DNA from: Bdellovibrionales bacterium
GTDB lineage: Bacteria > Bdellovibrionota > Bdellovibrionia > Bdellovibrionales > JAGQZY01
NCBI GenBank assembly: GCA_965218815.1
Contig: CBDCLX010000002.1
Span: 2,201,074-2,265,073 of the forward strand
Direction of reading: 5' to 3'
DNA length: 64,000 nucleotides
The notes under the pieces were generated by a model. That model made no database searches. It was not told the DNA's origin and worked only from the letters and a program-made list of their open reading frames with translations. Position numbers and translations under genes: made by a program. Each line of letters begins with the position of its first letter. The stretch's first letter is position 1. This document shows, piece after piece, positions 9,905-19,594 of the stretch.

Positions 9905-11848
9905 TTAACCGGACTGAACTTCAGACTTGAAAAACTGAATTTTGAACCATATTTTTTTGTCTTTACCAGTACTTACGATTATTCTTCCCCCATGTTCCTC
10001 CACTATTTGTAAGGCCAGTGTCAACCCCAGACCGGAGTTCACCTCTGGGTCTTTGGTCGTATAAAGGGGGTCAAAAATTCTGGACTTTACAGATTCATCA
10101 AGACCTTCACCATTGTCACCAATCAAAATATGTTTGCCACTTTCACTTTCAGCAAGAGAGATATCAATAAAGCCCACAAAACCACTGTCCTTTTTTCTTT
10201 TTTCAATCAAAGCCTCCTGTGAATTTTGAAGAATATTGCGGACGGCATGGGTGAGCAGATTGAATCTTCCCTGGATAATCATCCCCTTTTTTGGTTTATG
10301 GTATCGAATTTCAATTCCAATGGACCTGGTTTTCAATTCTGTAATCTTTATAGCCTGTTCAATCACCTCATTCAAATCAACATCCGTTATATCCATGTTG
10401 AAGGATTTTCTTGAAAACCCCAAAAGATTTTTCACAATGTTTTTACATTTGACAACACCTTTTTCAATTTCAACAAGATCAGAAAAAAAATCCTCCCCGC
10501 CGGTCATATCCATTTTCATCAATTGAATAAAATTGAGCATACCACCAATGGGATTATTGAGTTCATGGGCCACGCTGCTGCTGATGGTTCCAAGTTCAGC
10601 CATTTTTGCCGACTCAATCACCTGACGCTGTAAATTCAGATCCTGAGTGATATCCCGGTACATCTGGAAATAAACAGCCTGATTGCTCTGCCCCAGATCA
10701 TTGCTGTAAACATCAAAAACCTCCGATTGTTTGTTTTGGGAGGGATTGCGAATCTGAAAAACCTGACCACGGGAACAACCCTCACACACCCGATCACGGC
10801 CAAACAGAGACCTGTAACACTTTTGACCAATATGCCTGCTGAAATCACTGGTGTTTGTTTTCTTCAAAAAACCGGCATTGATCCTTAAAATATTGTAATC
10901 CTCATCAGTCAGACAAATGGGATCTGAAATGGCATCAAAGGTGGCTTCCCACTGTCTTTTCAGCCCCTGACTTCTCTGGTACTGGTAACTTCTCTGGATG
11001 GACAGAAAAACAGCATCGGCAATCTGATCCAGAAAACGTTTTTCCTTCCGGCCAAAGGCCCGACCTGTTTTTTTAAAAAACAGAAGATGACCAAAATCCT
11101 GATGACCCGACTTGAGATTTGCCTTATGAAATTTCAGCCCTTTTCTCTTTTCCGAAAGATTGGATTGGGAGGGTCTTGCAATTTTCACCCAGTCAACCTG
11201 GAATTCATCTTTCAGGGCATCGGTGATCCCCCTTTCAATTGTCGAAATGGAACTGGCTCCATAGATATGAACCAGTGTTTTGTGTAAAATATCCAATTCC
11301 TTTTGTGCGAGAATGTTTCTCTGTTTTGATTTTTCCAGCTGACTCTGCCTCTCCTCCACCTTTTGTTCAAGCTCTGCCATCAGTCTTTTGAGTTCATCAT
11401 TTTTTTCATTGACCATTTCAATGAGCTTTTGGGATTGTTCCAACTGGTAATAACGATCAAAACACTTCTGATAAACATTCTGTATATCCTCCTCACCTAT
11501 CCTAAAGGGAAGACTGAAAACAGGGTGAATGAGATTATTGATTTCAATCAACTGTCTGGCCGTTAAATCATCATAAAAAACAATAAAACACTGCCGGATG
11601 TTTTTCTTTTTTTCCCGGGCAACAAGACCCATGATGCGATGATAATTGGCCGGACAACAATGGATTCCAAGCACTGAGGGACTGGATCGGTCCAGATAGG
11701 AGAAAGCTTCCCCGGTACTGACCCGGTCAATCCCATGCTGTGACAGATCCAGGTTTTTATCGGAGAGCAGGACGGCATTGGCTGTAATCAAAAAATCCCT
11801 CCTCCGAATCCATTGGTCTTGTCCGTTAAGGGGGAAAACAGAACCCAT
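9905..11848 (-). CDS. cytoplasmic sensor histidine kinase (coiled coil, PAS-like, HisKA, HATPase_c)
   Basis: H-box SSVAHELNNPIGG, ATPase N/G boxes (NILQNSQEA, GDNGEGL, GLGLTLA). Start placed at Met 11848 because the ORF extension to 11938 overlaps the divergent gene. Confidence 0.85.
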   Translation of the reverse strand: MGSVFPLNGQDQWIRRRDFLITANAVLLSDKNLDLSQHGIDRVSTGEAFSYLDRSSPSVLGIHCCPANYHRIMGLVAREKKKNIRQCFIVFYDDLTARQLIEINNLIHPVFSLPFRIGEEDIQNVYQKCFDRYYQLEQSQKLIEMVNEKNDELKRLMAELEQKVEERQSQLEKSKQRNILAQKELDILHKTLVHIYGASSISTIERGITDALKDEFQVDWVKIARPSQSNLSEKRKGLKFHKANLKSGHQDFGHLLFFKKTGRAFGRKEKRFLDQIADAVFLSIQRSYQYQRSQGLKRQWEATFDAISDPICLTDEDYNILRINAGFLKKTNTSDFSRHIGQKCYRSLFGRDRVCEGCSRGQVFQIRNPSQNKQSEVFDVYSNDLGQSNQAVYFQMYRDITQDLNLQRQVIESAKMAELGTISSSVAHELNNPIGGMLNFIQLMKMDMTGGEDFFSDLVEIEKGVVKCKNIVKNLLGFSRKSFNMDITDVDLNEVIEQAIKITELKTRSIGIEIRYHKPKKGMIIQGRFNLLTHAVRNILQNSQEALIEKRKKDSGFVGFIDISLAESESGKHILIGDNGEGLDESVKSRIFDPLYTTKDPEVNSGLGLTLALQIVEEHGGRIIVSTGKDKKIWFKIQFFKSEVQSG

Positions 11849-11976
11849 TTTGAATTTTTCACACTTCAAACACAATGACCATGTAAAAAACTGACACAGT
11901 GAAAGCCTCCCATGAAAACTGGACTTATATCCCAGCAAATATCATTATTGACTTGAACTCAAAGAACAACCTGATA

Positions 11977-13350
11977 ATGAAAGATATGAAAACACTTATT
12001 TCAGGGGGCACAGGGCTTGTCGGCAAAGAACTTGGCAAGCTCCTGGCTGCAAAAGATCATGAAATTTTTATTTTAACCCGCAAACCTGAGAAAGCCCGAA
12101 CACAGTGTCCCTTTCCCCACACAGCCCTGTCCTGGAGTGAATTGGAAGATTATCCCGAATTGACAGAACTGGATCATATCATCAATCTGGCCGGAGCCAA
12201 TATCACTGAGCGTCGCTGGAATAGGGATTTTAAAAACAAAATCCGCCGGTCAAGAATTGAAACCACAAAAAAACTGGTGACTTTGGCCAATCATCGCTGC
12301 TCCGGTCTGAAAAGTTTTGTGTCCACTTCAGCCATTGGTTTTTATGGGAATACAGGAGAGACTCCAGTCAATGAGGATCATCCCCATGCCTCTTCTTTCC
12401 TGGCCAATGTCTGTCGGGACTGGGAATCCGCCACTGAAACCATCCAGAGAGGACGAACTGTGATTTTCAGGGTGGGTGTTGTTTTCAGTGAAAAGGGAGG
12501 GGCTCTGGCAAAAATTGCCCCCCCCATTCAGTCAGGTGCCGGCGGCCCCCTTTCAGGAGGAAAACAGTTCATGTCCTGGATTGATATTGAAGATCTGGTC
12601 AATATGTACGTCTTCGCCCTTGAAAATCCCATCACAGGAGTTTTTAATGCTGTAGCCCCCAATCCGGTGAGTAATAAATATCTGACAAGGGCCATTGGCA
12701 AACATCTAAAGAGAAAAACTTTTTTGAATGTCCCATACATTTCCCTGCGAATCCTTATGGGAGAGCTGGCCTGTTACCTGGTGGAAAATCAAAAAATAAG
12801 TTCACAAAAGATCAGAAAAAAAGGTTTTGCATTTATCCACCCCAATGTGGAGGATTCCATAAAAAAACGAGTGGCAAAACTCGGGAGAATGGAGAGAAGA
12901 CTGATCTTTGAACAATGGGTTCCAAAAACAAAAGAGGAAGTTTTTTCCTTTTTCTCAGAAGCCGGAAATCTTGAAAAAATCGTCCCGAAAAACTTTCATT
13001 TCAAAGTTCTGAGTGTGTCCACCAAAAGCATGGAAAAGGGAACCCGACTCAATTATAAACTGAAAATCAATGGAATCCGGGTGAACTGGGAAACCCTTAT
13101 CACCCAATGGAATCCCCCCAATGACTTTGCTGACAACCAGGAAAGGGGTCCCTACAAAAAATGGTATCATCTTCACTTTTTTAAAGATCTGGCAGGTGGC
13201 ACCCTGATGACTGACCAGGTGTATCTGGAAATCCCCCTGGGTGTCCCGGGCTATGCCGCTGCCGGCTGGAAAGTCTTCAGGGATGTGAAAAAAATTTTTG
13301 ATTACCGTTCTGAAATCATTGATAAAATGTATATCCCGCATTTCTCATAA
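11977..13350 (+). CDS. NAD-dependent epimerase family protein (YfcH/TIGR01777-like) fused to a C-terminal SRPBCC/cyclase-like domain
   Basis: Rossmann motif LISGGTGLVGKELG. The C-terminal ~150 aa (FEQWVP...WYHLHFF) resemble SRPBCC ligand-binding domains. Start chosen at MKDMK (11977). Confidence 0.7.
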   Translation: MKDMKTLISGGTGLVGKELGKLLAAKDHEIFILTRKPEKARTQCPFPHTALSWSELEDYPELTELDHIINLAGANITERRWNRDFKNKIRRSRIETTKKLVTLANHRCSGLKSFVSTSAIGFYGNTGETPVNEDHPHASSFLANVCRDWESATETIQRGRTVIFRVGVVFSEKGGALAKIAPPIQSGAGGPLSGGKQFMSWIDIEDLVNMYVFALENPITGVFNAVAPNPVSNKYLTRAIGKHLKRKTFLNVPYISLRILMGELACYLVENQKISSQKIRKKGFAFIHPNVEDSIKKRVAKLGRMERRLIFEQWVPKTKEEVFSFFSEAGNLEKIVPKNFHFKVLSVSTKSMEKGTRLNYKLKINGIRVNWETLITQWNPPNDFADNQERGPYKKWYHLHFFKDLAGGTLMTDQVYLEIPLGVPGYAAAGWKVFRDVKKIFDYRSEIIDKMYIPHFS

Positions 13351-13417
13351 ACTTTCGTAGCGAGGCTGTCTAAATGCCAGGATCGCCAAAAGTGTAAGCC
13401 GTGAACTTCTGGAAATC
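13335..13417. repeat. REP/BIME-like family B, long variant
   Basis: cccgcatttctcataaactttcgtagcgaggctgtc plus the module aatgccaggatcgccaaaag. The stop codon of the preceding CDS (13348-13350) lies inside the element. Confidence 0.7.
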
Positions 13418-13503
13418 ATTTATTCCAAACGGGGCTTCCTTTTACATGAAATCCAGCGTAAAACAAATGCCTTTGGTATAAAATCAGTGTAAGAGGAGAC
13501 TCC

Positions 13504-14874
13504 ATGATCCAACTGTCCGCCATTGTTCTGGCTGCCGGAAAAGGCACCCGCATGAATTCCCCCCTCCCCAAGGTTTTGCACCCTGTAGCTGGAGAACCCA
13601 TGATCAATCGTGTTATCAATGCCCTCATATCCCTTGGAACCGAAGACATACAGGTCGTGGTGGGTTACGGGGAAAGTCTGTTGCGTCAACTCCTGGAACC
13701 CCAGGGGGTGACCTGCCATAAACAAAAGGAACAAAAAGGAACTGCTGATGCTGTGAAATCTGCAGACATTGGAAGCCTTAAGGATCATGTGCTCATTGTC
13801 AATGGGGATCACCCTCTCCTTTCAGGCAAGCGTCTCAGGCAGGCCCATGAACACTTTGTCCGTTCAAAATCACAACTGATGGTTCTGACCTCCATCATGG
13901 ATGAACCGGGAAACCTCGGAAGAATTGTACGCCATCAGGGATCCCTTAAAGCCATTGTTGAGGTCAGGGATGCCTCCTCTGAGACGAAAAAAATCAGGGA
14001 AGTGAATACAGGAATTTATTTTGTCACCAAAACACTTTTGGAGGAATCCCTGCCCAAAATACAACCTGGAAATCAACAGGGGGAGTATTACCTCACCGAT
14101 CTGGTCTCCCTCTGTCTTGAAAAGGGTCATAAGGTGGAGGGCTTTGAAACAGATCCCCCCATGGCCTTTGGCGTGAATTCCCAAAAGCAACTGGCCCTGG
14201 CAGGCAAAGCCCTGTTCCGTGAAAAGGCTTTCAGTCTCATGGAACAGGGAGTGGTTATCATTGACCCGGAAAACACCTATGTGGAAGAGGCTGTAAAAGT
14301 GGGATCAGGTTCTGTCCTTTACCCGGGATCCTGGCTCAAGGGCAAAACCGTGCTGAAATCCTTTTGTGTGGTGGAACCCCATGTTTTTATACAGGACTCC
14401 ATTCTGGGACAGAGTGTGCAGGTGCGGGCCGGCTCCTATCTGGAAAGGGCAAAGGTAGGCAATGAAGCGGTCCTTGGCCCCTACGCCCGACTGCGATCAG
14501 AAACAGAAATCGGTCATCAGGCCCACATTGGCAATTTTGTCGAGTTGAAAAAAGTGAAATTTGGAGACAGGTCCAAGGCCAATCATCTGACCTATCTGGG
14601 AGACACCGAAGTGGGTGAAAACAGCAACATTGGTTGTGGGGTTATCACCTGCAATTATGCCGCTGACAGAAAAAAGCACAAAACAAAAATCGGGGACAAT
14701 GTTTTTGTGGGCAGTGACACCCAGCTGGTGGCTCCCGTGGAAGTGGGGAACAACGCCATCATTGCCTCCGGTTCCACCATCAATAAAAACATTCCTGAAG
14801 AGGCTCTGGCCATTGCCAGGTCCAAACAGATCAATAAAGAGGGTTATGCCCCCAAATTGAGAGGAAAAAAATAA
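13504..14874 (+). CDS. glmU: bifunctional UDP-N-acetylglucosamine pyrophosphorylase / glucosamine-1-phosphate N-acetyltransferase
   Basis: LAAGKGTRMNSPLPKVLHPVAG nucleotidyltransferase motif and C-terminal left-handed beta-helix hexapeptide repeats. Confidence 0.93.
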   Translation: MIQLSAIVLAAGKGTRMNSPLPKVLHPVAGEPMINRVINALISLGTEDIQVVVGYGESLLRQLLEPQGVTCHKQKEQKGTADAVKSADIGSLKDHVLIVNGDHPLLSGKRLRQAHEHFVRSKSQLMVLTSIMDEPGNLGRIVRHQGSLKAIVEVRDASSETKKIREVNTGIYFVTKTLLEESLPKIQPGNQQGEYYLTDLVSLCLEKGHKVEGFETDPPMAFGVNSQKQLALAGKALFREKAFSLMEQGVVIIDPENTYVEEAVKVGSGSVLYPGSWLKGKTVLKSFCVVEPHVFIQDSILGQSVQVRAGSYLERAKVGNEAVLGPYARLRSETEIGHQAHIGNFVELKKVKFGDRSKANHLTYLGDTEVGENSNIGCGVITCNYAADRKKHKTKIGDNVFVGSDTQLVAPVEVGNNAIIASGSTINKNIPEEALAIARSKQINKEGYAPKLRGKK

Positions 14875-16730
14875 TGTGTGGGATTGTGGGCTACTCAGGA
14901 ACACAACCCCCTGGAAATGTCATCCTCAATGGTCTTAAAAAACTGGAATACCGTGGTTACGACAGTGCCGGTATGGCCATTCTGGATAAGGGTCAATTTT
15001 CGGTTTACAGGGCTCCTGGAAAACTCTCCAGACTGACAGAGAAAATCAAGGGGGTTTGTTTTGATGGTTCCATGGGCATTGGTCACACCCGCTGGGCCAC
15101 CCATGGTCTGCCCACAGAATCCAATGCCCATCCCCACAAGGTCAATGGAGTGAGTCTGGTCCAGAATGGCATTATTGAAAACTATGCCGAATTAAAGAAG
15201 GACCTGATAAAATCAGGGACTCATTTTTCCTCTGAAACAGACACTGAAGTCATCACTCATCTCATTGCCCGTCAATTGGAACAGGATCAGGATTTAATGA
15301 CATCGGTTCAAAGCCTGATACCTAAAATCCAGGGAGCCTATTCCATTCTGGTGGTCAGTGAAACAGAACCGGACACAATCATTGGAATAAAAGCCGGGCC
15401 CCCTCTCATATTAGGTCTTGGAGAAAAGGAAATCTTCCTGGCCAGTGATGTTCAGGCTTTTGTGGAACACACAAACCAGGTGGTCTATCTCAATGACTTT
15501 GAAATCGTGAAAGTCAGGGGAAATCAGTTTGGTGTTTTCAATATCCATGGTGAAGCAGTGCCGTGGAAAAAAGAACAGGTGAATGTGTCGGTGGCCAATT
15601 CTGACAAAAAGGGCTTTCGCCACTATATGCTCAAGGAAATCTTTGAACAGCCAAGGGCTGTGGCCTCAGCCCTTGAACCCTATATTGATCTTAAAACAAA
15701 AACCGTGGACCTGTCCCAATGGGGGCCGGATTTTACGAAAACACCCCCTCCTCTGATTCTTGAAGAACTTAAGACCACAACAAGACTCTATATTGTGGCC
15801 TGTGGATCCAGTTACTATGCCGGTCTCTACGGGAAATACATTATTGAATCCATGGCCAGGGTTCCCGTGGAAGTGGATATTGCCAGCGAGTTTCGTTACC
15901 GAAACCCGATTCTTGACCCCAAAGCCATGGTTCTTTTTATTTCACAGAGTGGTGAAACAGCAGACACCCTGGCCGCCTTGAAACTGGCCAAAGAAAAGGG
16001 GCTCAGGGTCATGAGTTTGTGCAACACCAGACACTCTGGCATTGACCGTGAGTCCCATCTCCATCTTTACATGAGTTCCGGGGTGGAGGTGGGGGTGGCC
16101 AGCACCAAAGCCTTTTTAAGCAGTCTGGCTGTTTTAAACAGCCTTGCCATCGGCCTTGCCCGCAACAGACAACAAATAAGTCTTCATGAAGAAACCCTGG
16201 CCGTTGAAGCTTTGCTCGCAATACCAAGTCTTATGGAAGGGGTTCTCTCTTATGACAGTTTTTTCAGACAGGTTTCAAAAACACTGAAGAATTACAAAGG
16301 CTTTTTGTATTTGGGACGGGGGCATCATTATCCCATTGCCATGGAAGGGGCCTTGAAACTTAAAGAGCTGGCCTATCTTCACGCCGAAGGTTACCCTGCT
16401 GGTGAAATGAAACATGGCCCTCTGGCTCTTATCGACAACAGAATGATTGTTGTGGCCATTTGTCCCGGAGATCATCATTACCGAAAAACCCTCAGCAACC
16501 TGGAAGAGGCCAAAGCCCGTGGTGGAGTGATTATCTCCATCGGTACGGGCCATGACAGGCACCTTGAGTCCATCAGTGAACACCACCTGTCCCTTCCCCA
16601 ATGCCCCTGGATGTACAGTGGTCTGTTATCGGTCATTCCCCTGCAACTTCTGGCTTACCATCTGGCAGACACCCTTGGTTACGATGTGGACCAACCCCGC
16701 AACCTGGCCAAATCAGTCACTGTGGAGTGA
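14874..16730 (+). CDS. glmS: glutamine--fructose-6-phosphate aminotransferase
   Basis: MCGIVGY N-terminal nucleophile, two SIS domains, C-terminal ...LAKSVTVE. The start overlaps the glmU stop. Confidence 0.95.
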   Translation: MCGIVGYSGTQPPGNVILNGLKKLEYRGYDSAGMAILDKGQFSVYRAPGKLSRLTEKIKGVCFDGSMGIGHTRWATHGLPTESNAHPHKVNGVSLVQNGIIENYAELKKDLIKSGTHFSSETDTEVITHLIARQLEQDQDLMTSVQSLIPKIQGAYSILVVSETEPDTIIGIKAGPPLILGLGEKEIFLASDVQAFVEHTNQVVYLNDFEIVKVRGNQFGVFNIHGEAVPWKKEQVNVSVANSDKKGFRHYMLKEIFEQPRAVASALEPYIDLKTKTVDLSQWGPDFTKTPPPLILEELKTTTRLYIVACGSSYYAGLYGKYIIESMARVPVEVDIASEFRYRNPILDPKAMVLFISQSGETADTLAALKLAKEKGLRVMSLCNTRHSGIDRESHLHLYMSSGVEVGVASTKAFLSSLAVLNSLAIGLARNRQQISLHEETLAVEALLAIPSLMEGVLSYDSFFRQVSKTLKNYKGFLYLGRGHHYPIAMEGALKLKELAYLHAEGYPAGEMKHGPLALIDNRMIVVAICPGDHHYRKTLSNLEEAKARGGVIISIGTGHDRHLESISEHHLSLPQCPWMYSGLLSVIPLQLLAYHLADTLGYDVDQPRNLAKSVTVE

Positions 16731-16738
16731 GGATCGCC

Positions 16739-18301
16739 ATGTTCATGAAACAAAAGCTGCTTTATTCTTACAAACTCCCTATTTTGTCAGGTCTCTTGAT
16801 TGGAACAAGCTACATCCCCTTTCCTCCCTGGGCCTTGTTTTTTTGCTTCATACCCCTCTGGTCCTTCTGGATCAGGGAATCCTCCTTTAAGAAAATTTTT
16901 CTGGGAGGATGGATCACCCAATTCATCCTCAATTTCATTGGCTTCCACTGGATTGCCTACACCGTTGTGGAGTTTGGCCATCTGCCCTGGTTCATAGGGG
17001 GGGGCGTTCTTTTATTGTTCTGTGCTTTTGGTCATCTCTATTACCCACTGGCCGGAATTTTCTGGAAATGGCTCTGCAACAGACTGAATCTGAGTCAAAC
17101 AGGTTCTCTGATTCTCCTGCCCCTTGTTTTTGCTCTCTTTGAAAGACTCTATCCCTTTATTTTTCACTGGCATCTGGGCTATCCCTGGCTTTGGGCAAAG
17201 TTTCCCGGTTTTCATACGGCCCAGTGGATTGGTTTTTTTGGGCTTAATCTCACCACACTTTTTGTCAACAGTTTGTTAGGGCTGGGATGGATTCACCGGA
17301 AAAACAGGAGAAGATGTCAGGGCTTTGCAGGTCTGGCCCTGGCCGTTCTGCTAATAATCAATGGAGTTGGTTTTATCATTTCCAAAAATATTAAAAAACC
17401 TGACAGCTCTCTGCGGGTGTTGGTCATCCAGGGAAATATTGGAAATTTTGAAAAAGTTCATGCCAGAGTCGGACAGGCTTACATGAAAACCATAGTTAAA
17501 ACCCATGTCAATCTGACTCTCCGGGGTTTTAAACAATCTCTTGAACAATCAAAAAAGGACATTGATCTTGTGATCTGGCCTGAAACTGCTTTCCCTGAGA
17601 CCATGATAACGGGTTTCACAGGCCGTCACCAGGAAACACTGACCAGGTTATCCCTGGAATTGAATGTGCCTTTTCTCATCGGAGCCTTTCAGGAGGAAAA
17701 GGGGGAATTTTTCAATTCACTGGTCTTAATGGATGGAGAGGATATTCAGGGTGCTTATCAGAAGACCATACTTCTTCCCTTTGGGGAATATATGCCTTTT
17801 GGCAAATATTTCCCGGAATTGAAAAAAATGTTCCCCATGATTTCTGATCTGACCCATGGAACAGGTCCTTCCATCCTGGAACATCCAAAAGCACGGATTG
17901 GAGGACAGATTTGTTATGAAGGTCTGTTTGATGAATTCTCAACCCATCTGCAAAAAAAGAAGGTCCAGATTTTTGTCAATGTCACAAATGATTCCTGGTT
18001 TGGCAGGACTTCTGAACCCTATCAGCATATGTATATAACACTGGCCCGGGCCATTGAAAACAGAAGACCTCTGATACGAGTGACAAACACCGGAATATCA
18101 ACAGTGATCCTCAGTGATGGAACAATACTGGAACACTCACCACTGGACAGGGAGTGGTTTGGAATTTTTGACGTTCCCTATCATTCAACCCCCCCCTCCA
18201 CCTTTTATATGAAACTTTGTGGAAACTGGATATGGATTCTTCTTCTGCTTATTGGAACTGTTATTCTTGGAAACCGGCTGACAGACACCAGAAAACATTG
18301 A
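16739..18301 (+). CDS. lnt: apolipoprotein N-acyltransferase
   Basis: Multi-TM N-terminal half and a CN-hydrolase domain (VIWPETA, ICYE). Start placed at ATG 16739, just after the glmS stop. The ORF-track start at 16601 lies inside glmS. Confidence 0.88.
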   Translation: MFMKQKLLYSYKLPILSGLLIGTSYIPFPPWALFFCFIPLWSFWIRESSFKKIFLGGWITQFILNFIGFHWIAYTVVEFGHLPWFIGGGVLLLFCAFGHLYYPLAGIFWKWLCNRLNLSQTGSLILLPLVFALFERLYPFIFHWHLGYPWLWAKFPGFHTAQWIGFFGLNLTTLFVNSLLGLGWIHRKNRRRCQGFAGLALAVLLIINGVGFIISKNIKKPDSSLRVLVIQGNIGNFEKVHARVGQAYMKTIVKTHVNLTLRGFKQSLEQSKKDIDLVIWPETAFPETMITGFTGRHQETLTRLSLELNVPFLIGAFQEEKGEFFNSLVLMDGEDIQGAYQKTILLPFGEYMPFGKYFPELKKMFPMISDLTHGTGPSILEHPKARIGGQICYEGLFDEFSTHLQKKKVQIFVNVTNDSWFGRTSEPYQHMYITLARAIENRRPLIRVTNTGISTVILSDGTILEHSPLDREWFGIFDVPYHSTPPSTFYMKLCGNWIWILLLLIGTVILGNRLTDTRKH

Positions 18302-18354
18302 TTGTGTCATTCAAAAATGGAGGTCCATAATGGCGGATGTCCCCCGCCGCTATG

Positions 18355-18390
18355 TATCTCCTGGATTGAGATTATTATCTCCTGGATTGA
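18355..18390. promoter_or_regulatory. 15-bp direct repeat pair (TATCTCCTGGATTGA x2, 21-bp period) upstream of the polysaccharide cluster
   Basis: Exact 15-mer at 18355-18369 and 18376-18390, in the lnt / GT2 intergenic region. Confidence 0.25.
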
Positions 18391-18519
18391 TGAGTCCTTG
18401 AGAGATATAAATAGTTACAATCGGTCTTGATGCGGTGCGGTTTTCTTTTTCCGTACCAAAATCAGGGTTATCCTTCAGGGGGCTGTTGGCCCTGAATAAA
18501 CACTTGAAATATTAAGAGC

Positions 18520-19518
18520 ATGGAGTACATAAATACGATGCTTTCCCAATCTTCTCTGGATAAAAACAGCCCTGTTCTTTCCTGTTCCAAAAACTCCAAA
18601 AAGGTGGCTATCCTATTGGGATGTTTTAATGGGGACAAATACCTTGAAGAACAACTCCTCTCAATCAGCAATCAAACCCATAAGAACTGGTCTTTGTATG
18701 CTTCTGACGACAATTCCAGTGATCGCACTTATGCCATTCTCCAGGGATTTGCCTCCAAACATCCATCCCGTGTCCATCTGATACGTCAACCATCCACCCA
18801 GGGTGTCAGTAAAAACTTTTTGTCCCTCGTCCTCAATAATAAAATAGACGCAGACTTCTTTGCCTTTGCCGATCAGGATGACTACTGGTATCATGACAAG
18901 CTTGAAAGAAGTATTGAGTGTTTACTAAAGTTTCCCGAAACCGAACCGGTTGTCTATGGTTCCAGGACAGAAATTGTGGATAAACAAAAAAACAATATAG
19001 GGTTTTCCACCCTTTTTACAAAGAAACCCTGTTTTAAAAACGCATTGGTTCAGAGTATTATAGGGGGCAACACCATGCTTTTTAACCGAAAAGCCAGGGA
19101 AATTATCCAAAAAGCCAGTAGCAATGTGAATGTTGAAGGACATCACGACTGGTGGATACAAATTGTTATAGCAGGCTGTGGCGGCCACATCTTTTATGAC
19201 CCCAAACCCAGCCTCAAATACCGTCAACACGAAGAAAACATAACAGGCAGTAACCTCAACTGGTCTGCCCGTTTTTTACGGATTGCCAAATTATTCCATG
19301 GACGATTTAAATTCCTGAATGACATAAACACCAAATTCCTTCAAGAATCCCAATATCTCCTGACATCGGAAAACAGGGTGGTCTTCAATCAATTTGTCAG
19401 GGCAAGAACAGCAGCCTTACCGGGACGTTGTCTGGGAGTCTGGAAATCCGGGGTCTTTCGTCAAACCTTTATGGGAAACCTCGGACTTTTTGTGGCAACA
19501 CTTCTGGGAAAAATATAA
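18520..19518 (+). CDS. family 2 glycosyltransferase
   Basis: VAILLGCFNGDKYLEEQLLSISNQT...SDDNSSDRT...FADQDDYW (GT-A DxD-type signatures). Confidence 0.8.
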   Translation: MEYINTMLSQSSLDKNSPVLSCSKNSKKVAILLGCFNGDKYLEEQLLSISNQTHKNWSLYASDDNSSDRTYAILQGFASKHPSRVHLIRQPSTQGVSKNFLSLVLNNKIDADFFAFADQDDYWYHDKLERSIECLLKFPETEPVVYGSRTEIVDKQKNNIGFSTLFTKKPCFKNALVQSIIGGNTMLFNRKAREIIQKASSNVNVEGHHDWWIQIVIAGCGGHIFYDPKPSLKYRQHEENITGSNLNWSARFLRIAKLFHGRFKFLNDINTKFLQESQYLLTSENRVVFNQFVRARTAALPGRCLGVWKSGVFRQTFMGNLGLFVATLLGKI

Positions 19519-19594
19519 GAATCATGAATCCTCTCAGAAAACCATTTATTCCATGCCGGATGTCTGTTGTGACTCTTTTCGGGAAAGTGCAGCC

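Noticed and set aside
14800-14900. I looked for a glmS ribozyme upstream of glmS
   Set aside because: The glmS start overlaps the glmU stop (ATAATG), so there is no leader.
18331-18349. The GC-rich motif GGCGGATGTCCCCCGCCGC after lnt, and a related motif (GCGGCGGACACCCCGCAC on the coding strand) after RgpF-like copies 1 and 3 at 26612-26632 and 31406-31426, considered as terminators
   Set aside because: The stems are only 4-5 bp with mismatches, and no U-tract follows. This is not enough to call terminators.
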